Assembly: GCF_009914755.1 (NCBI RefSeq)
Contig: NC_060942.1
DNA length: 64,000 nt
Strand: one strand, 5' to 3'
DNA from: the human T2T-CHM13v2.0 reference genome, Homo sapiens
This document shows positions 21,801-36,400 of the stretch, in pieces; position 1 is the stretch's first letter, and each line of letters begins with the position of its first letter. A model generated the notes under the pieces. The model ran no database searches and was not told where the DNA came from. It saw only the letters and a list, made by a program, of their open reading frames with translations. The position numbers and the translations under genes are program-made.

Positions 21801-24496
21801 TTTCGGGTGATTTCAGTCCTATGTTGAAAAAGGAAATATCATCCCATAAAAACTAGACAGAAGCATTCTCAGAAATTTCTTTGTGATGTGTGTCCTCAAC
21901 TAACAGAGTTCAAACTGTCTTATGATACAGCAGTTTGGAAACACTCCTTTTGTAGAATATGCAAGTGGATACTTGGATAGCTCTAACTATTTCGTTGGAA
22001 ACGGGAATATCATCATATAAAATCTAGACACAAGCACTCTCAGAAACTACATTCTAATATCTGCATTCAAGTCACAGAGTTGAATATTCCCTTTCTTAGA
22101 GCAGGTTTGAAACCGTCTTTTCGTGGAATGTGCAGGAGGATATTTGGATAGCTTTGAGGATTTCGTTGGAAAAGGGATTACATATACAAAGTAGAAAGCA
22201 GCATTCTCAGAAGCTTCTTTGTGATGTTTGCTTTTAAGTCACAGAGTTGAACATTCCCTTTCATAGAGCAGTTTTGAAACACTCTTTCTGTAGTATCTGG
22301 AAGTGGACATTTCGAGTGCTTTCCGAACTATCGTGAAAAAGGAAATATCTTCCGATAAAAACTAGACAGAAGCATTCGCAGAAACTTGTTTGTGATGTGT
22401 GTCCTCAACTCACAGAGTTGAACATTTCGTTTGACAGAGCAGTTTGGAAACACGCTTTTTGTAGAATCTGCAAGTGGATATTTGGATAGCTTTGTGGATT
22501 TCCTTGGAAACGGGAGTATCTTCATATAAAACCTAGACAGAAACATTCTCAGAAACTGCTTTGTGATGTCTGTATTCACATCACAGAGTTGAATATTTCC
22601 TTTCATAGAGCAGGTTTGAAACACTCTTTCTGTAGTATCTGGATGTGGACACTTGGAGCGCTTTGAGGCTTACGGTGCAAAAGGAAATATCTTCCAATGA
22701 AAACTAGACAGAAGCATTCTCAAAAACTAGTTTGTGATGTATTTCCTCAACTAACAGAGTTGAACCTTTCTATTTACAGAGTAGTTTTGAAAGACTCTTT
22801 TTGGAGAATCTACAAGTGGATATTTGGAGAGCTTTAAGGATTTCATTGTAAACCGGAATATCTTCAGGTAAAATCTAGACAGAGGCATTCTCAGAAACTT
22901 CTTTGTGATGTGTGTCCTCAACTAACAGAGTTCAGCCTTTGTTATGATACAGCAGTTTGGAAACACTCTTTTTCTACTATCAGGAAGTGGACTTCTGGAG
23001 CGCTTTGACACCTTTGGTGATAAAGAGATGTCTTCCCATAAAAACTAGACGGAAGCATTCTAAGAGAATTCTTTGGGATATACGTACTCAACTAACAGAG
23101 TTGAACCTTTCTATTTATAGATCAGTCTTGAAAAGCTCTTTTCGTGGAATCTGCAAGTGAATCTTAGGATAGCTCTGAGGATTGCGTTGGAAACGGGATT
23201 ACATATAAAAAGTAGACAGCAGCATTCTCAGAAACTTCTTTGTGATGTTTGCTTTTAAGTCACAGAGTTCAATATTCCCTTCCATAGAGCCGGTTTGAAA
23301 CACTTTTTTTGTAGTATCTGGAAGTGGACATTTCGAGCGATTTCAGGCCTATGTTGAAAAAGGAAACATCTTCCCATAAAAACAAGACAGAAGCATTCTC
23401 AGAAACTTCTTTGTGATGTGTGTCCTCAACTAACAGAGTTCAACCTCTCTTATAATACAGCAGTTTGAAAAAACACTTTTTGTAGAATATGCAAGTGGAT
23501 ATTTGAACAGCTCTAACTATTTCGTTCGAAATGGGAATATCTTCATATAAAATCTAGACAGAAGCACTCTCAGAAACTACATTGTGATATCAGTATTCAA
23601 ATCACAGAGTTGAATATTCCCTTTCTTAGAGCAGGTTTGAAACCGTCTTTTCGTGGAAGCTGCAGGAGGATATTTGGATAGCTTTGAGGATTTCGTTGGA
23701 AACGGGATTACATATACAAAGTAGACAGCAACATTCTCAGAAGCTTCTTTGTGATGTTTGCTTCTAAGTCACAGAGTTGAACATTCCCTTTCATACAGCA
23801 GGTTTGAAACACTCTTTCTGTAGTATCTGGAAGTGGACATTTCGAGCGCTTTCAGGCCCATGGTGAAAAAGGAAATATCTCCCCATAAAAACTAGACAGA
23901 AGCATTCGCAGAAACTTGTTTGTGATGTGTGTCCTCAACCAACAGAGTTGAACATTTCCTGTGACAGAGCAGTTTGGAAACACGCTTTTTGTAGAATCTG
24001 CAAGTGGATATTTGGATAGCTTTGTGGATTTCCTTGGGAACGGGAGTATCTTCATATAAAACCTAGACGGAAACATTCTCCGAAACTCCTTTGTAATGTC
24101 TGCATTCACGTCACAGAGTTGAACATTCCCTTTCATAGAGCAGGTTTGAAACACTCTTTCTGAAGTATCTGGATGTGGACACTTGGAGCGCTTTGACGCT
24201 TACGGTGAAAAAAGAAATAACTTCCCATGAAAACTAGACAGAAGCATTCTCACAAACTGGTTTGTGATGTATGTCCTCAACTAACAGAGTTGAACCTTTC
24301 TATTTACAGAGCAGTTTTCAAAGACTCTTTTTGGAGAATCTGCAAGTGGATATCTGGAGATCTTTAAGGATTTCACTGGAAACCGGAATATCTTCAGGTA
24401 AAATCTGGACAGAGGCATTCTCGGAAACTTCTTCGTGATGTGCGTCCTCAACTAACAGAGTACAACCTGTCTTTTGATACATCAGTTTGGAAACAC
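9870..24496 (+). repeat. 86-monomer super-HOR, copy 1 (14,627 bp)
   Basis: ORFs recur at +14,627 (10505/25132, 16408/31035, 21196/35823) with near-identical sequence. Identity with copy 2 begins after the last mismatch at 9869. Confidence 0.93.
11490..13190 (+). repeat. Example of the complete ancestral 10-mer HOR (~1.7 kb; box order B-A-B-B-A-B-A-B-B-A); possibly related to the D18Z2/S2C18H2 family (tentative)
   Basis: Ten distinguishable monomer types occur in the same order here and at 15061-16761 and 23056-24757. The chromosome family is inferred only from the 10-mer SF2-like organisation and has not been verified. Confidence 0.7.
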
Positions 24497-27400
24497 TCTT
24501 TTTGTAGAATCTGCAAGAGGATATTTGGATAGCTCTAGCGATTTCGATGGATACGGGAATACCTTCATATGAAATCTAGACAGAGGCACTCTCAGAAACT
24601 GCTTTGTGATATCTGCATTCAAGTCACAGAGTTGAACATTCCCTTTCTTAGAGCAGGTTTGAAACTCTCTTTTTGTAGTATCTGGAAGTGGACACTTGGA
24701 GCGCTTTGACGCCTTTGGTGAAAAAGGAAATGTCTTCCCATAAAAACTAGACAGAAGCATTCTAAGAAACTTCTTTGGGATATATGTACTCAACTAACAG
24801 AGTTGAACCTTTCTATTTAGAGATCAGTTTTAAAAAGCTCTTTTTGTGGAATCCGCAAGTGGATATTAGAATAGCTCTGAGGATTTCGTTGGAGACGGGA
24901 TTACGTATAAAAAGTAGACAGCAGCATTCTCAAAAGCTTCTTTGTGATCTTTGCTTTTAAATCGCAGAGTTCAATATTCCCTTCCGTAGAGAAGGTTTGA
25001 AACACTCTTTCTGTAGTATCTGGAAGTGGACATTTCGAGCGATTTCAGGCCTATGTTGAAAAAGGAAATATCTTCCAATAAAAACTAGACGGAAGCATTC
25101 TCAAAAATTTCTTTGTGATGTGCGTCCTCAACTAACAGAGTTCATCCTTTCTTATGATACAGCAGTTTATAAACACTCTTTTTGTAGAATCTGCAAGTGG
25201 ATATTTGCATAGCTCTAACCATTTCATAGGAAACGGGAATACCTTCATATAAAATCTAGACAGAGGCACCCTCAGAAACTGCTTTGTGATATCTGCATTC
25301 AAGTCACAGAGTTGAACATTCCCTTTCTTAGAGCAGGTTTGAGACAATCTATTTGTAGTATCTGGTAGTGGACATTTGGAGCGCTTTGACGCCTTTGGTG
25401 AAAAAGGAAATATCTTCCATAAAAACTAGACAGAAGCATTCCAAGAATCTTCCTTGCGATATATGTACTCAACTACCAGAGTTGAACCTTTCTATTGATA
25501 GATCAGTTTTGAAAAGCTCTTTTTGTGGAATCTGCAATTGGATATAAGGATAGTTCTGAGGATTTCGTTGGAGACGGGATTGCATATAAAAAGTAGACAG
25601 CAGCATTCTCAGAAGCTTCTTTGTGATGTTTGCTTTTAAGTCACAGAGTTGAATATTCCCTTCCATAGAGCAGGTTTGAAACCCTCTTTGTCTACTATCT
25701 GGAAGTGGACATTTCGAGCGCTTTCAGGCCTATGGTGAACAAGGAAATATCGTCCCATAAAAACTAGACAGAAGCATTCGCAGAAACTTGTTTGTGATGT
25801 GTGTCCTCATCTCACAGAGGTGACCATTTCGTTTGACAGAGCAGTTTGGAAACACGCTTTTTGCAGAATACGCAAGTGGATATTTGGATAGCTGTAACGA
25901 TTTCGTTGGATACGGGAATAACTTCATATAAATTCTAGACAGAGGCACTCTCAGAAACTGCTTTTTGATATCTGCATTCAAGTCACGGAGTTGAACATTC
26001 TCTTTCTTAGAGCAGGTTTGAAACACTCTTTTTGTAGTATCTGGAAGTGGACATTTGGAGGGCTTTGACGCCTTTGGTGAAAAAGGAAATGTCTTCCCAT
26101 AAAAACTAGACAGAAGCATTCTAAGAAACTTCTTTGGGATATATGTACTCAACTAACAGAGTTGAACCTTTCTCTTTATAGATCAGTTTTGAAAAGCTCT
26201 TTTTGTGGAATCTGCAAGTGGATATTAAAATAGCTCTGAGGATTTCGTTGGAGACGGGATGACATATAAAAAGTAGACAGCAGCATTCTCAGAAGCGTCT
26301 TTGTGATGTTTGCTTTTAAGTCACAGAGTTGAATTTTCCCTTCCATAGAGCAGGTTTGAAACAATCTTTCTGTAGTATCTGGAAGTGGACATTTCGAGCG
26401 CTTTCAGGCCTATGTTGAAAAATTAAATATCTTCTCATAAAAACTATACAGAAGCATTCTCAGAAACGTCTTTGTGATGTGTGGCCTCAACTAACAGAGT
26501 TCAACCTTTCTTATGATACAGCAGTTTGGAAACACTCTTTTTGTAGAATATGCAATTGGATATTTGGATAGCTCTAAGTATTTCGTTGGAGACGGGAATA
26601 TCTTCATATAAAATCTAGACAGAAGCACTCTCAGAAACTACTTTGTGATATCTGCATTCAAGTCACAGAGTTGAAAATTCCCTTTCTTAGACCAGGTTTT
26701 AAACCGTCTTCTCGTGGAATCTGCAGGAGGATATTTCGATAGCCTTGAGGGTTTAGTTGGAAACGGGATTACATATACAAAGTAGACAGCAGCATTCTCA
26801 GAAGCTTCTTTGTGATGTTTGCTTGTAAGTCACAGAGTTGAACATTCTCTTTCATAGAGCAGGTTTGAAACACTCTTCCTGTAGTATCTGGAAGTGGACA
26901 TTTCGAGCGCTTTCAGGCCTATGGTGAACAAGGAAATATCTTCCCATAAAAACTAGATAGAAGCATTCGCAGAAACTTCTTTGTGATGTGTGTCCTCAAC
27001 TCACAGAGTCGAACATTTCGTTTGACAGAGCAGTTTGGAAACACGCTTTTTGTAGAATCTGCAAGTGGATATTTGGATAGCTTTGCGGATTTTGCTTGAA
27101 ACGGGAGTATCTTCCTATTAAACCTAGACAGAAACATTCTCAGAAACTGCTTTGTGATGTCTGCATTCACGTCACGGAGTTGAACATTCCCTTTCATAGA
27201 GCAGGTTTGAAACTCCCTTTCTGTAGTATCTGGATGTGGACACTTGGAGGGCTTTGACGCTTACGGTGAAAAAGGAAATATGTTCCCATGAAAACTAGAC
27301 AGAAGCATTCTCACAAACTGGTTTGTGATGTATGTCCTCAACTAACAGACTTGAACCTTTCTATTTACAGAGCAGTTTTGAAAGACACTTTTTGGAGACT

Positions 27401-30400
27401 CTGCAAGTGGATATTTGGAGAGCTTTAAGGATTTCACTGGAAACCGGAATATCTTGAGGAAAAATCTAGACAGAGGCATTCTCAGAAACTTCTTTGTGAT
27501 GTGTGTCCTCAACTAACAGAGTACAACTTGTCTTCTGATACAGCAGTTTCGAAACACTCTTTTTGTAGAAACTCCAAGAGGATATTTCGATAGCTCTAAC
27601 GGTTTCGTTGGAAACCGGAATACCTTCATATAAAATTTAGCAGAGGCACTCTCAGAAACTGCTTTGTGATATCTGCATTCAAGTCACAGAGTTGAACATT
27701 CCCTTTCTTAGAGCAGGTTTGAAACACCCTTTTTGTAGTATCTGGAAGTGGACATTTGGAGCGCTTTGACGCCTCTGGTGAAAAAGGAAAGGTCTTCCCA
27801 TAAAAACTAGACAGAAGCATTCTAAGGAACTTCTTTGGGATATATGTACTCAACTAACACAGTTGAACCTTTCTATTTATAGATCAGTTTTGAAAAGCTC
27901 TTTTTGTGGAATCCGCATGTGGATATTAGGATAGCACTGAGGATTTCGTTGGAGACGGGATTACGTATAAAAAGTAGACAGCAGCATTCTCAGAAGCTTC
28001 TTTGTGATGTTTGCTTTTAAATCGCAGAGTTCAATATTCCCTTCCATAGAGCAGGTTTGAGACACTCTTTCTGTAGTATCTGGAAGTGGACATTTCGAGC
28101 GATTTCAGGCCTAGGTTGAAAAAGGAAATATCTTCCAATAAAAATTAGACGGAAGCATTCTCAAAAATTTCTTTGTGATGTGTGTCCTCAACTAACAGGG
28201 TTCAACCTTTCTTTTGATACAGCAGTTTGTAAACACTCTTTTTGTAGAATCTGCATGTGGATATTTGGATAGCTCTAACCATTTCATAGGAAACGAGAAT
28301 AACTTCATATAAAATCTAGACAGAGGCACTCTCAGAAACTACTTTGTGATATCTGCGTTCAAGTCACAGAGTTGAACATTCCCTTTCTTAGAGCAGGTTT
28401 GAGACACTCTTTTTGTAGTATCTGGAAGTGGACATTTGGAGCGCTTTGACGCCTTTGGTGAAAAAGGAAATATCTTCCATAAAAACTAGACAGAAGCATT
28501 CTAAGAAACTTCTTGGCGATATATGTACTCACCTAACAGAGTTGAACCTTTCTATTGATAGATCAGTTTCGAAAAGCTCTTTTTGTGGAATCTGCAATTG
28601 GATATAAGGATAGTTCTGAGGATTTCGTTGGAGACGGGATTGCATATAAAAAGTAGACAGCAGCATTCTCAGAAGCTTCTTTGTGATGTTTGCTTTTAAG
28701 TCACAGAGTTGAATATTCCATTCCATAGAGCAGGTTTGAAACCCTCTTTCTCTACTATCTGGAAGTGGACATTTCGAGCGCTTTCAGGCCTATGGTGAAC
28801 AAGGAAATATCGTCCCATAAAAACTAGACAGAAGCATTAGCAGAAAATTGTTTGTGATGTGTGCCCTCAACTCACAGAGTGGAACACTTCGTTTCACAGA
28901 GCAGTTTGGAAACACGCTTTTTGTAGAATTTGCATGTGGATATTTGGATAGCTTTGTGGATTTCGTTGGAAACGGAAGTATCCTCATATAAAAATTAGAC
29001 AGAAACATTCTCAGAAACCGCTTTGTGATGTCTGCATTCACGTCACAGAGTTGAACATTCCCTTTCATAGAGCAGGTTTGAAACACTCTTTCTGTAGTAT
29101 CTGGATGTGGACACTTGGAGCACATTGACGCTTACGGTAAAAAAGGAAATATCTTCCCATAAAAACTAGACAGAAGCATTCTCACAAACTGGTTTGTGAT
29201 GTATGTCCTCAACTAACAGCGTTGAACCTTTCTATTTACAGAGCAGTTTTGAAAGACTCTTTTTGGAGAATCTGTAAGCGGATATTTGGAGAGCTTCAAG
29301 GATTTCATTTTAAACCGTAATATCTTCAGGTAAAATCTAGCCAGAGGCATTCTCAGAAACTTATTTATGATGTGTGTCCTCAACTAACAGAGTACAACCT
29401 ATCTTTTGATACAGCAGTTTGGAAACACTCTTTTTGTAGAATCTGCAAGTGGATATTTCGATAGCTGTAACGATTTCGTTGGAAATGGGAATACCTTCAT
29501 ATAAAATCTAGAGAGGCACTCTCCGAAAGTGCTTTGAGCTATCTGCTTTCAAGTCACAGAGTTGAACATTCCCTTTCTTAGAGAAGGTTTGAAACACTCT
29601 TTTTGTAGTATGTGTAAGTGGACACTTAGACCGCTTCGACCCCTTTGGTGAAAAAGGAAATGTCTTCCCATAAAAACTAGACAGAAGCATTCTAAGAAAC
29701 TTCTTTGGGATATATGTACTCAACTAACAGAGTTGAACCTTTCTATTTCTGGGTCAGTTTTGAGAAGCTCTTTTTCTGTAATCTGCAAGTGGATATTCGG
29801 ATAGCTCTGAGGATTTCCTTGGAAACGGGATTTCATATAAAATATAGACAGCAGCATTCTCAGAAGCTTCTTTGTGATGGTTGCTTTTAAGTCACAGAGT
29901 TGAATATTCCCTTCCATAGAGCAGGATTGAAACACTCTTTCTGTAGTATCCGGAAGTGGACATTTCGGGCGATTTCAGTCCTATGTTGAAAAAGGAAATA
30001 TCATCCCATAAAAACTAGACAGAAGCATTCTCAGAAATTTCTTTGTGATGTGTGTCCTCAACTAACAGAGTTCAAACTGTCTTATGATACAGCAGTTTGG
30101 AAACACTCCTTTTGTAGAATATGCAAGTGGATATTTGGATAGCTCTAACTATTTCGTTGGAAACGGGAATATCTTCATATAAAATCTAGACACAAGCACT
30201 CTCAGAAACTACTTTCTGATATCTGCATTCAAGTCACAGAGTTGAATATTCCCTTTCTTAGAGCAGGTTTGAAACCGTCTTTTCGTGGAATCTGCAGGAG
30301 GATATTTGGATAGCTTTGAGGATTTCGTTGGAAAAGGGATTAAATATAAAAATAGAAAGCAGCATTCTCAGAAGCTTCTTTGTGATGTTTGCTTTTAAGT

Positions 30401-33400
30401 CACAGTGTTCAACATTCCCTTTCATAGAGCAGTTTTGAAACACTCTTTCTGTAGTATCTGGAAGTGGACATTTCGAGTGCTTTCAGGCCTATGGTGAAAA
30501 AGGAAATATCTTCCGATAAAAACTAGACAGAAGCATTCGCAGAAACTTGTTTGTGATATGTATCCTCAACTATCAGAGTTGAACATTTCATTTGACAGAG
30601 CAGTTTGGAAACACGCTTTTTGTAGAATCTGCAAGTGGATATTTGGATAGCTTTGTGGATTTCCTTGGAAACGGGAGTATCTTCATATAAAACCTAGACA
30701 GAAACATTCTCAGAAACTGCTATATGATGTCTGCATTCACGTCACAGAGTTGATCATTCCCTTTCATAGAGCAGGTTTGAAACACTCTTTCTGTACTATC
30801 TGGATGTGGACACTTGGAGCGCTTTGACGCTTAAGGTGCAAAAGAAATATCTTCCCATAAAAACTAGACAGAAGCATTCTCACAAACTGGATTGTGATGT
30901 TTGTCCTCAACTAACAGAGTTGAAACATTTTATTTGCAGAGCAGTTTTGAAAGACTGTTTTTGGAGAATCTTCAAGTGGATATTTGGAGAGCTTTAAGGA
31001 ATTCATTGGAAACGGGAATATCTTCATATAAAATCTAGACAGAGGCATTCTCAGAAACTTCTTTGTGATGTGTGTCCTCAACTAACGGCGGTACATCCTG
31101 TCTTTTGATACAGCAGTTTGGAAACACTCTTTTTGTAGAATCTGCCAGTGGATATTTGCATAGCTCTAATGATTTCTTTGGAAACGGGAATACCTTCATA
31201 TAAAATCTAGACAGAGGCACTCTCAGAAACTGCTTTGTGATATCTGCATTCAAGTCACACAGTTCAACATTCCCTTTCTTAGAGCAGGTTTGAAACACTC
31301 TTTTTGCAGGATCTGGAAGTGGACATTTGGAGCGCTTTGACGCCTTTGGTGATAAAGGAAATGTCTTCACATAAAAACTAGAAAGAAGCATTCTAAGAAA
31401 CATCTTTGTGATATATGTACTCAACTAACCGAGTTGAACCTTGCTCTTTATAGATCAGCTTTTTAATGCTCTTTTTGTGGAATCTGCAAGTGGATATTTG
31501 GATAGCTTTCAGGATTTCGTTGGAAACGGGATTACAAACAAAATGTAGACAGCAGCATTCTCAGAAACTTCTTTGTGATGTTTGCTTTTAAGTCACAGAG
31601 TTGAACATTCCCTTCCATAGAGCAGTTTAGAAACACTCTTTCTATAGTATCTGGAAGTGGACATTTCGAGCGATTTCAGGCCTATGTTGAAAAACGAAAT
31701 ATCTTCCCATAAAAACTAGACAGTAGCATACTCAGAAGCTTCTTTGTGATGCTTGCTTTTAAGTCACAGAGTTGAACATTCCCTTTCGTAGAGCAGGTTT
31801 CAGACACTCTTTCTGTAGTATCTGGAAGTGGACATTTCGAGTGTTTTCAGGCCTATGGTGAACAAGGAAATATCTTCCCATAAAAACCAGACACAAGCAT
31901 TTGCAGAAACTTGTTTGTGATGTGTGTCCTCAACTCACAGAGTTGAACATTTCGTTTGACAGAGCAGCTTGGAAACACGCTTTTTGTAGAATCTGCAAGT
32001 GGATATTTGGATAGCTTTGTGGATTTCGTTGGAAACGGGAGAATCTCCATATAAAACCTAGACAGAAACATTCTCAGAAACTGCTTTGTGATGTCTGCAT
32101 TCACGTTACAGAGTTGAATATTCCCCTTCATAGAGCAGGTTTGATACACTCTTTCTGTAGTATCTGGATGTGGACACTTGGAGCGCTTTGACGCTTACAG
32201 TGAAAAAGGAAATATCTTCCCATAAAAACTAGACAGAAGCATTCTCACAAACTGGTTTGTGATGTATGTCCTCATCTAACAGAGTTGAACTTTTCTATTT
32301 ACAGAGCAGTTTTGAAAGACTCTTTTTGGAGAATCTGCAAGTGGATATTTCGAGAGCTTTAAGGATTTCACTGGAAACCCGAATATCTTCAGGTAAAATC
32401 TAGACAGAGGCATTCTCAGAAACCTCTTTGTGATGTGTGTCCTCAACTAACAAAGTACTACCTGGCTTTTGATACAGCAGTTTGGAAACACTCTTTTTGT
32501 ACAATCTGCAAGTGGATATTTGGATAGCTCTAAAGATTTCGTAGGAAACGGGAATACCTTCATATAAAATCTAGACAGAGGCACTCTCAGAAACTGCTTT
32601 GTGATATCTGCATTCAAGTCACAGTGTTGAACATTCCCTTTCTGAGAGCAGGTTTGAACCACTCTTTTTGTAGTATCTGGAAGTGGACATTTGGAGCGCT
32701 TTGACGCCATTGGTGAAAAAGGAAATGTCTTCCCATAAAAACTAGACAGAAGCATTCTAAGAAACTTCTTTGGGATATATGTACTCAACTAACAGAGTTG
32801 AAACTTTCTATTTAGAGATCAGTTTTGAAAAGCTCTTTTTGTGGAATCTGCAAGTCGATGTTAGGATACCGCCGAAGATTTCGTTGGAGACGGGATTACA
32901 TATAAAAATAGACAGCAGCATTCTCAGAAGCTTCTTTGTGATGTTTGCTTTTAAATCACAGAGTTGAATATTCCCTTCCATAGAGCAGGTTTGAAACACT
33001 CTTTCTGTAGTATCTGGAAGTGGACATTTCGAGCGATTTCAGGCCTATGTTGAAAAAGGAAATATCTTCCCATAAAAACTAGACAGAAGCATTCTCAGAA
33101 ACTTCTTTGTGATGTGTGTCCTCAACTAACAGAGTTCAACCTCTCTTATGATACAGCAGTTTGGAAACACTCTTTTTGTAGAATATGCAACTGGATATTT
33201 GGAGAGCTCTAACTATTTTGTTGGTAACGGGAATATCTTCATATAAAATCTAGACAGAAGCACTCTCAGAAACTACTTTGTGATATCTGCATTCAAGTCA
33301 CAGAGTTGAATATTCCCTTTCTTAGAGCAGGTTTGAAACCGTCTTTTCGTGGAATCTGCAGGAGGATATTTGGATAGCTTTGAGGATTTCGTAGGAAACG

Positions 33401-36400
33401 GGATTACATATACAAAGTGGACAGCAGCATTCTCAGAAGCTTCTTTGTGATGTTTGCTTTTAAGTCACAGAGTTGAACATTCCCTTTCATAGAGCAGGTT
33501 TCAAACACTCTTTCTGTAATATCTGGAAGTGGCCATTTCGAGCGCTTTCAGGCCTATGGTGAACAAGGAAATATCTTCCCATAAAAACTAAACAGAAGCC
33601 TTCGCAGAAACTTGTTTGTGATGTGTGTCCTCAACTCACAGAGTTGAACATTTCGTTTGACAGAGCAGTTTGGAAACACGCTTTTTGTAGAATCTGCAAG
33701 TGGATATTTGGATAGCTTTGTGGATTTCCTTGGAAACGGGAGTATCTTCATATAAAACCTAGAAAGAAACATTCTCAGAAACTGCTTTGTGATGTCTGTA
33801 TTCACGTCACAGAGTTGAATATTTCCTTTCATAGAGCAGGTTTGAAACACTCTTTCTGTAGTATCTGGATGTGGACACTTGGAGCGCTTTGAGGCTTACG
33901 GTGCAAAAGGAAATATCTTCCAATGAAAACTAGACAGAAGCATTCTCAAAAACTAGTTTGTGATGTATTTCCTCAACTAACAGAGTTGAACCTTTCTATT
34001 TACAGAGTAGTTTTGAAAGACTCTTTTTGGAGAATCTACAAGTGGATATTTGAGAGCTTTAAGGATTTCATTGTAAACCGGAATATCTTCAGGTAAACTC
34101 TAGACAGAGGCATTCTCAGAAACTTCTTTGTGATGTGTGTCCTCAACTAACAGAGTTCAGCCTTTGTTATGATACAGCAGTTTGGAAACACTCTTTTTGT
34201 ACTATCAGGAAGTGGACTTTTGGAGCGCTTTGACACCTTTGGTGATAAAGAGATGTCTTCCCATAAAAACCAGACGGAAGCATTCTAAGAGAATTCTTTG
34301 GGATATAAGTACTCAACTAACAGAGTTGAACCTTTCTATTTATAGATCAGTCTTGAAAAGCTCTTTTCGTGGAATCTGCAAGTGAATCTTAGGATAGCTC
34401 TGAGGATTTCGTTGGAAATCGGATTACATATAAAAAGTAGACAGCAGCATTCTCAGAAACTTCTTTGTGATGTTTGCTTTTAAGTCACAGAGTTCAATAT
34501 TCCCTTCCATAGAGCCGGTTTGAAACACTTTTTTTGTAGTATCTGGAAGTGGACATTTCGAGCGATTTCAGGCCTATGTTGAAAAAGGAAACATCTTCCC
34601 ATAAAAAAAGACAGAAGCATTCTCAGAAACTTCTTTGTGATGTGTGTCCTCAACTAACAGAGTTCAACCTCTCGTATAATACAGCAGTTTGAAAAAACAC
34701 TTTTTGTAGAATATGCAAGTGGATATTTGAACAGCTCTAACTATTTCGTTCGAAATGGGAATATCTTCATATAAAATCTAGACAGAAGCACTCTCAGAAA
34801 CTACATTGTGATATCTGTATTCAAGTCACAGAGTTGAATATTCCCTTTCTTAGAGCAGGTTTGAAACCGTCTTTTCGTGGAAGCTGCAGGAGGATATTTG
34901 GATAGCTTTGAGGATTTCGTTGGAAACGGGATTACATATACAAAGTAGACAGCAACATTCTCAGAAGCTTCTTTGTGATGTTTGCTTCTAAGTCACAGAG
35001 TTGAACATTCCCTTTCATACAGCAGGTTTGAAACACTCTTTCTGTAGTATCTGGAAGTGGACATTTCGAGCGCTTTCAGGCCCATGGTGAAAAAGGAAAT
35101 ATCTCCCCATAAAAACTAGACAGAAGCATTCGCAGAAACTTGTTTGTGATGTGTGTCCTCAACCAACAGAGTTGAACATTTCCTGTGACAGAGCAGTTTG
35201 GAAACACGCTTTTTGTAGAATCTGCAAGTGGATATTTGGATAGCTTTGTGGATTTCCTTGGGAACGGGAGTATCTTCATATAAAACCTAGACGGAAACAT
35301 TCTCCGAAACTCCTTTGTAATGTCTGCATTCACGTCACAGAGTTGAACATTCCCTTTCATAGAGCAGGTTTGAAACACTCTTTCTGAAGTATCTGGATGT
35401 CGACACTTGGAGCGCTTTGACGCTTACACTGAAAAAGGAAATAACTTCCCATGAAAACTAGACAGAAGCATTCTCACAAACTGGTTTGTGATGTATGTCC
35501 TCAACTAACAGAGTTGAACCTTTCTATTTACAGAGCAATTTTCAAAGACTCTTTTTGGAGAATCTGCAAGTGGATATCTGGAGATCTTTTAGGATTTCAT
35601 TGGAAACCGGAATATCTTCAGGTAAAATCTAGACAGAGGCATTCTCAGAAACTTCTTCATGATGTGCGTCCTCAACTAACAGAGTACAACCTGTCTTTTG
35701 ATACATCAGTTTGGAAACACTCTTTTTGTAGAATCTGGAAGTGGATATTTCGATAGCTCTAACGATTTCGTTGGAAACGGGAATAGCTTCATATAAAATC
35801 TAGGCAGAGGCACTCTCAGAAACTACTTTGTGAGATCTGCATTCAAGTCACAGAGTTCAACATTCCCTTTCGTAGATCTGGTTTGATAGACTCTTTTTGT
35901 TGTATCTGGAAGTGGACATTTGGAGCGCTTTGACGACTTTGGTGAAAAAGGAAATATCTTCCCATAAAAACTAGACAGAAGCATTCTCAGAAACTTGTTT
36001 GTGCTGTGTGTACTCAACTGACAGAGCTGAACTTTTCTTTCTACACAGCAGTTTTGAAAAACTCTTTTTGTAGTATCTGCAAGTGGATAATTGGATGGCT
36101 TTAAGGATTTCGTTGGAAATGGGTCTACATTCATGTAAAATCTACACAGAAGCATTCTCAGAAACTTCTTTGGGATATATGTACTCAACTAACAGAGTTG
36201 AACCTTTCTATTTCTGGGTCAGTTTTGAGAAGCTCTTCTTCTGTAATCTGCAAGTGGATATTCGGATAGCTCTGAGGATTTCCTTGGAAATGGGATTTCA
36301 TATAAAATGTAGACAGCAGCATTCTCAGAAGCTTCTTTGTGATGTTTGCTTTTAAGTCACAGAGTTGAATATTCCCTTCCATAGAGCAGGATTGAAACAC

